A model generated the notes under the pieces. It did no database searches. It was not told where the DNA came from and saw only the letters and a program-made list of their open reading frames with translations. The position numbers and the translations under genes are program-made. Below are positions 19,989 to 30,054 of a DNA stretch of 64,000 nucleotides, piece after piece; within the stretch, counting starts at the first letter, position 1; each line of letters begins with the position of its first letter. Origin of the DNA: Abditibacterium sp. (GTDB taxonomy: Bacteria; Armatimonadota; Abditibacteriia; Abditibacteriales; Abditibacteriaceae); contig CBDASK010000003.1 in the NCBI GenBank assembly GCA_965199495.1, forward strand, positions 1,728,001 through 1,792,000, read 5' to 3'.

Positions 19989-20948
19989 ATGCCCGTTACT
20001 CTCGACACTCGACACACCGACAAGCCCAAAGGCGCCAAAGGACAAGCAACCACGCCGCGCGAAGCGGCCCTCGCCGCCGCGACCAACCCGCAGGAAAAAC
20101 GCGGAGGATTCGTTGCTTTTGGCGTTTGGCTCGGAATTTTGTGCGTTTTGTGCTTGCCGTGGCTGCTTAAACCCTCAACGCAGGTCGTCGGCGAGCTACT
20201 CCTCGCGTGGAGCGCTTTATCTATCATCGCCTTTGTCGTCATCGCGCCGACGCGCGTTTTGGGGCCGCTCCGCAAAGAGCCGAAAGCCTTGATTTCCAGC
20301 AAAGTCCGCGCGGGATTGAAAAATACTCTGGGCAAAGTCGCACCGATTTTAAGCGTCGCCGAACCGCCCGCTTACGTGGACGAAACTGCCGAAGCGCCAG
20401 AAATGCTGACTTTGCCCGGCGCGCTCGTTTTCAATGAGCCGTTGTGGAAGCAACTCACCGAAAGCGAAATCAACGCGCTGGGCGTGCGCGGATTGGCCCA
20501 TCAACGTTTGGGGCACGCGCGCCGCTTGGCGATCATTCACCAATTCGGCAAATTGCCTTCGCCGTTTTTTCGGTTGTTGGCGTGGCCGGTCTGGATTTAC
20601 GTCAGCTTGCTCGAAAGTTTATGGCTGCAACACGCCTTGCAGAGCGCCGACCGCATCGCGCTTTTAATCGTGCGCAACTTTGGGTTATTGCTGAGCGCCA
20701 TCGTCAAAGAAAAAGCCGCCAACGACGCCAATATGCAAGCGTTGGGCGTGCAATCGAGCGATGTGGCGAACTGGGTCGCGCAACGCGGCCACATCGGGAT
20801 GGCGGGCGAAGAGATTTCAATTCAATACAAACTGGGCCGCGCCATCCACGAAAATCCGCCGTTTGAACGCCGCATTTTAAGCCTGCAAGAATGGAGCGCG
20901 ACGCCAGAATTTAACAAAGCCGTCGAAGATTTGGCCAAACGGCGTTAG
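19989..20948 (+). CDS. Membrane protein, M48/HtpX-like fold lacking HExxH
   Basis: Two N-terminal TM helices; LTESEINALGVRGLAHQRLGH, SADRIALL and HENPPFERRI resemble M48 peptidase motifs. Confidence 0.55.
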   Translation: MPVTLDTRHTDKPKGAKGQATTPREAALAAATNPQEKRGGFVAFGVWLGILCVLCLPWLLKPSTQVVGELLLAWSALSIIAFVVIAPTRVLGPLRKEPKALISSKVRAGLKNTLGKVAPILSVAEPPAYVDETAEAPEMLTLPGALVFNEPLWKQLTESEINALGVRGLAHQRLGHARRLAIIHQFGKLPSPFFRLLAWPVWIYVSLLESLWLQHALQSADRIALLIVRNFGLLLSAIVKEKAANDANMQALGVQSSDVANWVAQRGHIGMAGEEISIQYKLGRAIHENPPFERRILSLQEWSATPEFNKAVEDLAKRR

Positions 20949-21037
20949 TTATCAGCCCCAAACGTAACGCCCGCATCGCCATTTGACGAGAGCGTTACGT
21001 TTTGGGCGGGGAACCCAGCCCCTACGGGTGCGATGCG

Positions 21038-21505
21038 TTAATTCTCAACCGACGGCTTAACTTTGCCGCCCGTGCCTTCGACGTGATTTTTGATCGATTC
21101 GAGCGCTGTGCGAAGTCCTTCATTGACGTGATCGGCGGGAATATCTTTGTATTTGTCGCCCTTGAAAACTAATTTAATCGTCACGTTGGAGCCATCGCCA
21201 TCGGGATCGATTTCCATCGAGCCGCTATAGGTTTTCTCGTCGCTGCCCCATTCGACGTGACCGGTGTCTTCGTTGCGTTTCAAATAACCTTCGGTGTCAT
21301 ATTGGAAGCCGTCGCCGCCACCAGCCACGCGCACGCGGTCTTGGCCCGCGTCTTCGGCTTTTTTGGTCGTCGGCATATATTTGGGCATGTTTTTGATGTC
21401 GGCGACGAAATCGGTGACGGCATCGGCAGAAGCGTCCATGTAGAGCGACGACGAGAATTCGTTGGCACCGCTCGATGACGAAGAAGAGGAAGAAGATTGG
21501 CTCAT
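21038..21505 (-). CDS. SRPBCC (polyketide cyclase/START-like) protein
   Basis: DASADAVTDFVADIKNMPKYMP, beta-rich core, C-terminal helix LESIKNHVE; poly-Ser N-terminus. Confidence 0.8.
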   Translation of the reverse strand: MSQSSSSSSSSSGANEFSSSLYMDASADAVTDFVADIKNMPKYMPTTKKAEDAGQDRVRVAGGGDGFQYDTEGYLKRNEDTGHVEWGSDEKTYSGSMEIDPDGDGSNVTIKLVFKGDKYKDIPADHVNEGLRTALESIKNHVEGTGGKVKPSVEN

Positions 21506-21606
21506 GGCGAATCGCTGTTTTGCGATTCGCGCGCCAAACTTGTAGGGGCGGGGTCTCCCCGCCCAAAACATATCGCCCACATCGCGCGTTTGGGGCGCGC
21601 AACACG

Positions 21607-21651
21607 TTTTGGGCGTGTTGATTTTGGGCGTGTTGCGTTTGGGCGTGTTGC
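21607..21651. repeat. Three 15-bp tandem repeats inside a REP doublet spacer
   Basis: (T/G)TTTGGGCGTGTTG(A/C) x3. Confidence 0.85.
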
Positions 21652-21730
21652 GTTTGGTTTCGGATGATTATAATATTTTGGGCGGGGAACCCCGCCCCTA
21701 CGGGGTTTAGCGTATAATTTTATCACGATT

Positions 21731-22237
21731 ATGGCGTATAATCCTTTGAAGCATCATCGGCGTTCGACGCGTTTGCGCGGGTTTGATTACGCTTCGCCGG
21801 GCGCTTATTTCGTCACGGTTTGCGTGGAGAATGGGACGAGAGCCTCCGGCAAATTGGTGGCTCCGGGCGCAATGAAACACAATTGGTGCGGCGAAATTAT
21901 CCTCGCGCAGTGGGAGTCGTTATCACTCGCATATCCGCATTTGATTTTGGATGAATATGTCGTCATGCCCGATCATTTTCATGCGTTGCTCTGGCTCACG
22001 ACTTACGACGAACATCCGGCGCCACGCCCTTCACTGAGCGCCATTATGGGATTCGGAAAATTTCGCATGACGCAATCCATCAACGAAACCCGATTTGAAC
22101 GCTGGAACACAGAAACCAAGAGAGTTTTGCAACGAGGATTTTATGACCGCATCCTGCGCACCGAACGCGAAGTCGAATTCGTGCGCCGTTACATCCGCGA
22201 AAATCCGCAACGCGCCTACGATGCCGAAAACCCGTGA
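21731..22237 (+). mobile_element. REP-associated tyrosine transposase (RAYT/TnpA-REP, HUH Y1)
   Basis: HRRSTRLRGFDY...YFVTVC, VVMPDHFH (HUH), QRGFYDRILR, RRYIRENP (catalytic Tyr); REPs on both sides; TATAAT at 21713. Confidence 0.93.
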
Positions 22238-22575
22238 TGGCGGGCGTTACGTTTTGGGCGGGGGAACCCCGCCCCTACGGGCATTATATGTGCGAAATGG
22301 AATGCGTTTGCGCGCCAACACGGTAATAATCACGCGACAAACCCGTAGGGGCGGGGTTCCCCCGCCCAAAATATATCGCCCACCGCAACACAACGCGTTG
22401 GCGTGTCACCACCATTATAACGACGCGACAACGCGATACGTTTTTGGGCGGGGGAACCCCGCCCCTACGATTGGGTTTACGCTGCGCCCCCGTAGGGGCG
22501 GGGTTCCCCCGCCCAAAACACATCGCCCACCGAAACATAACGCAATACGCAAAAACGAACCGCCGCCCCGACAAT

Positions 22576-25500
22576 TCATCCCACCACAAACGCCGCCAAC
22601 GCCGCATCTTTCACCGATTGTTCCACGAGCGGAAAGGTCGCCAGAATATGGGCGAACTCGGTTTCGTTCAATCCGTAGAGCCGGGCGATGCGGGCATCCA
22701 ATTGCGCGCGCAACGCGGCGCGCTCGTCCGGCGTGGCTGCTCCCTGCGCATGGCCCGACAATCCGGCCTCGCGCGCCAACGCGTCAAACTCCGCCGTCGT
22801 GCAAATCAAGCGCGCACTCGCCGAAACTATCGCCCCAAATTCCCCATCCCCAGACGTTAATCGTGGAATACGCAATTGATAAATATAAAACGAATTGAGG
22901 TTTGTCGTCATCGTTTGCCGAATTGCGTAATCAGCGACAAAGCTATTTAGCAACGCCGTCAGAAGAAATAATTCCTGTGTCGTGTAACGTGGCTGGTTGT
23001 AATTATTGGCGTCGTGAATAAATGGAAAATGCGTCGCCAACGAATTTCCAGTTAGCGCGCCTTTGGGTATTAAAGTCGTGATTAAAGTTCGCTCGTTTGT
23101 ATTTGAAGCAATTTTGCGAATCGCAATCCGTTCGGTTTCGTAATCGTTGCGAATATCGGCGGGCACTCCTTTCACGTCGCATCTTTTAGCGCGTTTAACT
23201 TCAAATTCGCGCCTAATATCATTTTCGTCTATCCAATAACGCGGTTTTTCAAAGTGATTGTCGAAATGCCAAATCAAACTTCCTTCATAAAGTGGATTAT
23301 CATTTTGGGTTTCTTTAAACAAATGAGCCGAACGATTCATGTGAAATTCTTCGCCGTTGATTTCAAAATTCCATCCGCCCGCGCCGAAAGCTAACATTGG
23401 GAACTTCAACATCTTTTGCGCGATTTCGACATCTTGTTCGCTTTTGAACTCCATCACGCTGAGGCTGTCGGGCGATAACTTGCGCACCAAATCCACGCCG
23501 ATTTCCAGACTGTCGCGCGACGGGAATGCCGCCAATTCGTTGACATCGTGGCGCATGAACGTCGCCGGAAACTTCGTCGTCGCGCGACCTTTGGCCCACG
23601 TCAACGCCACGAATTTAAAGCGCGAATCCACGCCCTCGAAAATCATTTTGCGGTTCTCGAAGCCAAACAAACCGGTGATTTGCGATTTCTCGAAGAGCAT
23701 TTCGCGCAAACCTTTGGCGCCCAAGTCGGTATAGATGCCCGATGGTATCACAATTCCGCAACGTCCGCCTTGTTAAACAAGGCGAAATGAGCGTTCGACG
23801 AACAGTTTGTAAAGGTTGATGTCGGTGCCGGCTTTTTTGCCGCCCACGACCGAAATTTGATTGCGATACGAAGGCGACTTGCGGAAATACTCGCTCACAT
23901 AGGGAAATTGCGCCTGATACTCGTCCCACTGCGCTTTGATTTCGGGATCGGCAATCAGCCGGTCTTTCTCGGTCTCGAACTCTTTGATGCTCATCGTTTT
24001 CTTGGTGATATTTTCGGAAAACAATTGCAAGAACTCTTTGCCGTTGGGCTTGAAGACTTCCCAAGGCGGATTGGTGAGGATGGCGTCGAAGCCGCCGCTA
24101 CCCATCGCTTCGGGAAACTCGGCGCCCCAGTGAAAGGGCCGCAAGCGCGCAATATCCTCTTCGCGGATGCCGATTTTGATTTTGTTGTGGCCCACGCGCT
24201 TGATGCCCAGCGCGTTCCAGTGGGCGACGGTGGCTTCGTCGCACACGACGCGCAAGCGGTCGCGGATGGCGTTGGCGCGCTCGCGCAATTCGCCCAGTTG
24301 CGGGCGCATTTTTTCGTCGGCGTTTTTGTAAATCCGAATCAAGTTGCTCTTGTCCCCCGCCAACCTATCGAAGTCGGCTTTGACGAACAATCCACCGACG
24401 ACGAAATCTTTCTCGTCGCAACTCATCATCCCGATGAGCGAGTTGCCTTCGAGAATATTGAAATCAATATTGGGCAACGGTTCGAGTTCGTCGCGCGTGC
24501 GGGCGCTCGAAACGAGGGCCAGAAACAATCGCAGTCGCGCGATTTCGGGCGCGCCTTCCATCAAATCCACGCCATACAAATTGTGGGTGATGATGCGCCG
24601 ATACATCGCATAAAACGGGCTGGCGTGAGCAGCCACGTCGCCCATCATCGCCTGTTGCAACGGTTTCAGGCCCAATCGTTCGGCGCGTCCCCACAGTTGG
24701 GCGTAAACATCGGCGAGCGTATAAAACGCGGCCACCAAAAACGCGCCCGACCCGACGGCGGGATCGAGCACGCGCAAATTCGACAATCGTTCCCAGATGG
24801 CGCCACACAAAGCCGCGTCGGCGTGGCCGATCAGATCGAAGACCGAATCGGCGCGCTTTGCGTGCGACCCGGCGTAGATTTTGACTTCATCGAGAATCAA
24901 ATCTTCGATGGTGCGCTCGCACAAATAAGAAGTCAGGGCTTCGGGCGTATAATAAGCGCCCGCGCTTTTCTGGTCGTTGATGAACTTCTCGAAGATAAAC
25001 CCCAACAGTTCGGGCGAAAGCAAACCGCGCGAATTATCGCGGGAATCGTCGGCAAACCAATCGTAGCCGCCGAAGACGCGCAAGATTTTCTCGAAGACGA
25101 CATCGGGCGCGTTGACATCGGGGTAAGTGCGTTCAAGCGGATGTTGCAGAAACAAACCGCCATTAAGATATTTGACATCGCCAATTTTCGCTTTAGTTTC
25201 GGGCGTGCGCTGCGCTTCGGGTTGAGCGAAACCCTCGAAAAACAGCGGCTTCAAAAATGTCCAGTAAAACCCCGTAGGGGCGGGGTTCTCCCGCCCAAAA
25301 CCTGAATTATCCCGCAAATTTTTGGCATCGCCAATCGGTTCGCCGCCCGTTACGTCGGAATCGTTCGATTCAACGATGGTTGCGTTTGCCGTGATTGTGT
25401 GGGCGGCTTCACGTTCTGGGCGGGGAAACCCCGCCCCTACGATTGGGGTTTCGGCGTTACGTTGCGCCCCCGTAGGGGCGGGGTTCCCCCGCCCAAAACC

Positions 25501-26247
25501 TGAATTTGTCGGCAATGTTTCGGCATTCCCAATCGGTTCGCTGCCTATTGCGGTCGCATTGTTCGGTGCGATGGGAATCGGGGTTTGCGTAATTGTGTGG
25601 GCGGCACCATATTTGTCGAATTTATTTTCCAAATAGCGCGCGTCGTCATCCACGAACCCGCGCTTTTGCAAAAAATAAACGAACATCAAACGATGCAGCA
25701 ACACCAGCGAATACTGCGCGCGCGTTTTGTCGTCGGGCAAGCCTTCGATGAGCGGCGCGATTTCGATTTGAATTTCTTTCCAATCGTGGTAGAACTTGTT
25801 GGTGACTTTGGAAGTATCGAGCGCCTCGCGGACTTTCTTGGCGGCGGCGATAACGGTCAAATCGCCCTGCGCATAGTCGCTGATTTCGACCATCAACCCG
25901 GCCAGTTTGGCGACAAACAGTTCCGACGGCTGGCCTTTGATGTAGACGTGGCTGCGCCTCTGCCACGACAACACGCATTGCGATTGGGCCTCGTCCATTC
26001 AGACGATGACGTTTTCGGCGGCGACTTTGGCGATCTGCGCCCCAATTTTCTGGCGTTCTGCTGTGTCGGGGATAATTTCGGTTTGAATTAAAAGCGCCGG
26101 AATCGGGCCGATGCGCGCGATTTCGCGGCATTCGATTCCGTTCAGTTCGCTGGCTTTGGATTGCGGGTTCGACCAACCCAAACAGTTGATAAAGAGGCGG
26201 GCAAAGTCGAAATTTTCGAGCGCGCAGCGAATGTTGGCGGTATCCAT
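22576..26247 (-). pseudogene. Eco57I/Type IIG-like N6-adenine methyltransferase with TRD, interrupted by two in-frame stops
   Basis: One frame across three ORFs. Motifs YLNGGLF, GAYYTP, LDPAVGSGAFL, GVDLMEGAPEIARLRLFL, GNSL, FHWGAEFPE, TNPPW, NLYKLFVER. TGA at 25999-26001 and TAA at 23773-23775. Confidence 0.85.
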
Positions 26248-26441
26248 TTTACGCGGGGAAGTTTAACGTTTTTATTTTTGTCCACAAAGAACGATATGTT
26301 CACATCGAAACGGTGGAAGCGGGCGTTACGTTTTGGGCGGAGAACCCCGCCCCTACGGGACATTTGCGTATGGTTACGCGCGGCGAAAACGCATCATCCG
26401 TAGGGGCGGGGTTCCCCCGCCCAAAACGTATGACGCGCCCT

Positions 26442-29400
26442 CTAACTCACCAATCCCAACGAACAAATCAATCGCGGTTCGCCCGCCTCCGTTTCCTCAT
26501 CGCTGCTTTGAATCAACCGATTTTCTTCGTGCAGACACGCCAGCAGTTCGGCCAAATCGTCGTTCTTAAAACCCAGTTTCAAATGCGTATTAATCTGGTC
26601 GGCGGCGCTTTTGCGCAACGGATGCGCGTAAATCGCGTCGGCGACTTTGGCGTGCGCGGAGTTTTCCCACAACGTGCCGCGCACTTCTTCGATATGCAGT
26701 TTCAAACGGTGATACGCTTTGTAGCGCGCGCCGCTCGGCTTGCCCAATCCCCCCGCGAGGGATTTGTCGTGTTCCAGTGCGGCTTCGACTCCGGCACTGA
26801 CGAGCGTTTCGTGATTTTCGGCGAGCGGCAAATTGGGCGTATCGGCGTCGCAGGCGGCTTCGCGCAGAATCGCGCGCTGGCTTTGCGTCAGGACGTGGCC
26901 GCTGCTGTCGAGTCGCGCCAAAATATCTGTATCGGCGGGCGTGCGCAGATATACAATCGCGCCGCTTTCCAAACCCGCCCCGCTTTTGGCGCCCGCCACG
27001 ATGTCGGGCAAGTTGGGAATAATCTGATTTAACTTCGGCGCGGCGCGGCGCGCGCTGTCCCAAATCTGGAACGCGTAACTCGCCAAATCCACTTCGCCGT
27101 CGTCTTCCTCGTCCAGAATGCCGCTCTTTTCGTTGAACAAATCCTTGAGTTTGAATGTGGCTTCATCATCCAAAAACTTCTCGTCGGTGCCCAGAGTTTG
27201 CGCGGCGGTTTCCAAACGTTCCTTGAGGCGCCCGCGCAGTTTGATGATTTTCTCGATGCCCTCGGCGGGCATAAACGAATAACAGACGATTTCTGGCGCG
27301 CTTTGCCCAATGCGATCCACGCGGCCCGCGCGTTGAATCAGCCGGATAATCGCCCACGGCAAATCGAAATTAATCACGATGTGCGCGTCCTGCAAGTTCT
27401 GGCCTTCGCTCAAAACATCGGTCGCCAGCAACACGCGAATCGGATCGTTAATTTTCGCTTTGTTGGAAATCGGCGAAAACCGGCGCGCCAATTCGGTCGG
27501 GTCTTTGTCGGCGCCGGTCACGCCGACAACGCCAGCCACGCCGCGCGCGTGGAGTTGCGTTTCGAGATAACGCACCGTGTCGGCGAACTGCGAAAACACC
27601 AAAATTTTCTCGTCGCCGTGCGTTTGCTTTAACAAAATTTCGAGCTTTTCCAGTTTCGCATCGAGCGCGGGCTTCCATTCTCCGGCGATTTCCAAAACTT
27701 GCGACAACGCCAGAATATCGTTTTCCAAGTCAGCTTTGAGTTGGTGTCCGAAAAATATGGGCCGCAACCAACTGAACTTCTGCTTCTGCGCCGTCGCCAT
27801 AATTCCATACAATTTGTCCGCCGAGGCCGAAAAGAAATCATCTTCGTCGCCGTCGTTAAACGCGCTATCCAAAAGCGCGCTGTCGGACGAACCAATCGGT
27901 AGCGGCAAACCGTGTTCGATGGCGTGAATGAAAACCGCGTTGCGCAAAATATGGCGCTTAATTGACAATAAAAACGCCGCGCCGCTCGATTCCAAACGCT
28001 TGAAAAGTCCCGTCCGGCAAAAGCCCATCAAGCGCGTGCCCGCCTTGGTCAAATTGGCGATGATCTCCGCTTCGGCCTTGGTCGGCACCGTAGTAAACGT
28101 CGGCGGCAGATAGTTTTCCAAACCATAACGCGGCAAACGCAGACTATCAATTGTGTCCACGACTTTGTCGCAATAGAGCCGCGCATACGGGTCGCTGGTA
28201 GCAGCCACGTCGAGCGGGAAGGTCACGGTTTTGGGCGTGCGTTTGGGAAAGTAGAAGCGCGAACCGTCGGGGTAAACCAGATATTTTTTGCCGTCGCCGT
28301 CGTCTTTGGCATAATGTTCTTTGATGAACGAACGCGTGCGCCGCACCAAAAACAGCCGCATCAACTCGCGCCAATCGTCGGCGTAAGTCGAATAGGAAAA
28401 CGCGCCCAAAGTGTCGGGTTTGTATTGGCGATGCGCCTCGAATTCGGTCACGCCGACTTCTTTGATCAAGTTTTCGGGCCGAATTCCAATGCTCGTTTCC
28501 GGTTCTAAAAATAAGCGCAATTGATGATACAAATCGCCGTAATGCTTGTTGTAAGGCGTCGCCGAAAGCAGAATAACTTTGCAATTGTTATTTTTTAAGT
28601 AATCGTGAACATATCCGTAAGTTTTGCCTTCGCCCGAACGCAGGTTGTGGCTTTCATCAATCACGACCAATTTATAATGCCTGAAATCGCCCGCCAAATC
28701 TTTGGCCCGCGAAATCGGATGCACGCGGCCCACGACATTAAATCGTTCGAGTTCCTCGTTCCACATTTTAACGAGATTGGGCGGGCACAACACCAGCAAA
28801 TTATGATCGCCCTGTTCAATGAAAATGGCGGCAATCGCCGCCGCCGTCATGGTTTTGCCAAGGCCAACGACATCCCCAATTAAAGCGCCGCCACGCTTGT
28901 TGAGATGATGCGCCGCCAGTTGCACCGCTTTGGTCTGATAATCGAACAATTCGCCCTGGAAAGATTTGGGCACATTAAATTCGGCCTGTCCCTGACGCGC
29001 CTCGCGCGACAAATGATAAGCCATTTTGAGATAAATATGAAATGGCGAGCGCGGCGTGACCCAACTTTCGCCCAAAACTTTCGCTAAATCGTCGGAAATA
29101 TCCAAACTATCGTCCCAACGCTTCTCAAACCAATCGCTGAGTTTGTGCGCGGCGTCTTGTTCCAACACATCAATATTGAGTTCGCCCTGTTTGAGCAAGC
29201 CCGAAACAGTCAAATTCGACGATCCCAAATATCCGATGAGCGGCGTTTTGTGATCGTGGCGGTGGCACAGATACAACTTGGCGTGCAACGGAAAACGCGC
29301 GTGCAGTCGAACCGCGACTTTTTTATTTTCGAGTTGGCTTTTGAGTTGGAGCAACGCCGATTTATCGCTTTTGGTCGGAAATCCGAACATCAGTTGGCGC

Positions 29401-29699
29401 CGGAAAGAGTCCAATAACGATTGACGATAGCGCGCCATCGTCAGGTTGTCCATCATTTCCGGTTCGGGCTTGAGCCGCAAAGCGGCGCGTAGTTCGTCGT
29501 CGGGCGAAACGTTCATGCCAACGATCACGCGCGCCTGTGCGCCGTGGCTGCCCTTGAAGAACTCGACTTTGGGTGCCAAGGTGTGCCAGCCGCGCAGATT
29601 GAAATAGCCGACGCAAAAATCGGCTTTATAAGAATCGTTGAGCGTTTCGCTCAACTCGTTGAGCATGAAGGCGGACTGGTTATCGAAAATCGTGGGCAT
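26442..29699 (-). CDS. PLD (HKD)-nuclease / SNF2-type helicase fusion, RM-associated
   Basis: VGYFNLRGW, LHAKLY...GSSNLT (PLD), DVVGLGKT, DESH, SATP, TDVLSEGQNLQ, QRAGRVDRIGQ. Confidence 0.9.
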   Translation of the reverse strand: MPTIFDNQSAFMLNELSETLNDSYKADFCVGYFNLRGWHTLAPKVEFFKGSHGAQARVIVGMNVSPDDELRAALRLKPEPEMMDNLTMARYRQSLLDSFRRQLMFGFPTKSDKSALLQLKSQLENKKVAVRLHARFPLHAKLYLCHRHDHKTPLIGYLGSSNLTVSGLLKQGELNIDVLEQDAAHKLSDWFEKRWDDSLDISDDLAKVLGESWVTPRSPFHIYLKMAYHLSREARQGQAEFNVPKSFQGELFDYQTKAVQLAAHHLNKRGGALIGDVVGLGKTMTAAAIAAIFIEQGDHNLLVLCPPNLVKMWNEELERFNVVGRVHPISRAKDLAGDFRHYKLVVIDESHNLRSGEGKTYGYVHDYLKNNNCKVILLSATPYNKHYGDLYHQLRLFLEPETSIGIRPENLIKEVGVTEFEAHRQYKPDTLGAFSYSTYADDWRELMRLFLVRRTRSFIKEHYAKDDGDGKKYLVYPDGSRFYFPKRTPKTVTFPLDVAATSDPYARLYCDKVVDTIDSLRLPRYGLENYLPPTFTTVPTKAEAEIIANLTKAGTRLMGFCRTGLFKRLESSGAAFLLSIKRHILRNAVFIHAIEHGLPLPIGSSDSALLDSAFNDGDEDDFFSASADKLYGIMATAQKQKFSWLRPIFFGHQLKADLENDILALSQVLEIAGEWKPALDAKLEKLEILLKQTHGDEKILVFSQFADTVRYLETQLHARGVAGVVGVTGADKDPTELARRFSPISNKAKINDPIRVLLATDVLSEGQNLQDAHIVINFDLPWAIIRLIQRAGRVDRIGQSAPEIVCYSFMPAEGIEKIIKLRGRLKERLETAAQTLGTDEKFLDDEATFKLKDLFNEKSGILDEEDDGEVDLASYAFQIWDSARRAAPKLNQIIPNLPDIVAGAKSGAGLESGAIVYLRTPADTDILARLDSSGHVLTQSQRAILREAACDADTPNLPLAENHETLVSAGVEAALEHDKSLAGGLGKPSGARYKAYHRLKLHIEEVRGTLWENSAHAKVADAIYAHPLRKSAADQINTHLKLGFKNDDLAELLACLHEENRLIQSSDEETEAGEPRLICSLGLVS

Positions 29700-30008
29700 A
29701 AATCGCGTTTGAGTTTACCGCCGCGACGACGCTGATTATCTGGGCAGCAACATAACGTCCGTCTGCAAAACATCAATTTTGCGACAAAACCCGTAGGGGC
29801 GGGGTTCTCCCGCCCAAAACGTAACGCCTGTCCGCAAACCAAAAATTTCGCCCGCAATATAACGCTCACGCGCAACGTGCGCAAAATATTGCGGTGGGCA
29901 AGCGATACGCCTGTAGGTGGGAGACCCCCTACAGGCGTATCGCAAAATTGATGTTTTGCGGACAGGCGTTACGTTTTGGGCGGGAGAACCCCGCCCCTAC
30001 GGGTGACG

Positions 30009-30042
30009 AAAAAGCGCGCGAAACTTAATTCGCGCGCTTTTT
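30009..30042. terminator. Intrinsic terminator after atpC
   Basis: AAAAAGCGCGCGAA-N6-TTCGCGCGCTTTTT. Confidence 0.75.
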
Positions 30043-30054
30043 ATTCAACCAAAT

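Larger units (their letters stand above)
21004..30000. repeat. 14 copies of GTAG-GGGCGGGG..CCCGCCC REP palindromes (family A)
   Basis: Copies start at about 21004, 21542, 21680, 22256, 22345, 22446, 22492, 25274, 25418, 25472, 26335, 26400, 29793 and 29978, mostly as inverted doublets. Confidence 0.93.

Noticed and set aside
21004..22514. Clustered palindromic repeats as a CRISPR array
   Set aside because: The repeats alternate in orientation, have irregular spacing, carry GTAG tails and flank a RAYT; there are no cas genes. They are REPs.
22095..22898. ORFs spanning REP clusters (also 18406..18747, 19856..20170, 26313..27032, 29976..30197)
   Set aside because: They are translations of REP palindromes (GGGTPPLR, DAINRRLY) with no coding evidence.
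23773..26001. Stop-codon reassignment or selenocysteine explaining the MTase stops
   Set aside because: Two different stops are involved (TGA and TAA), and both terminate ordinary genes elsewhere in the window.
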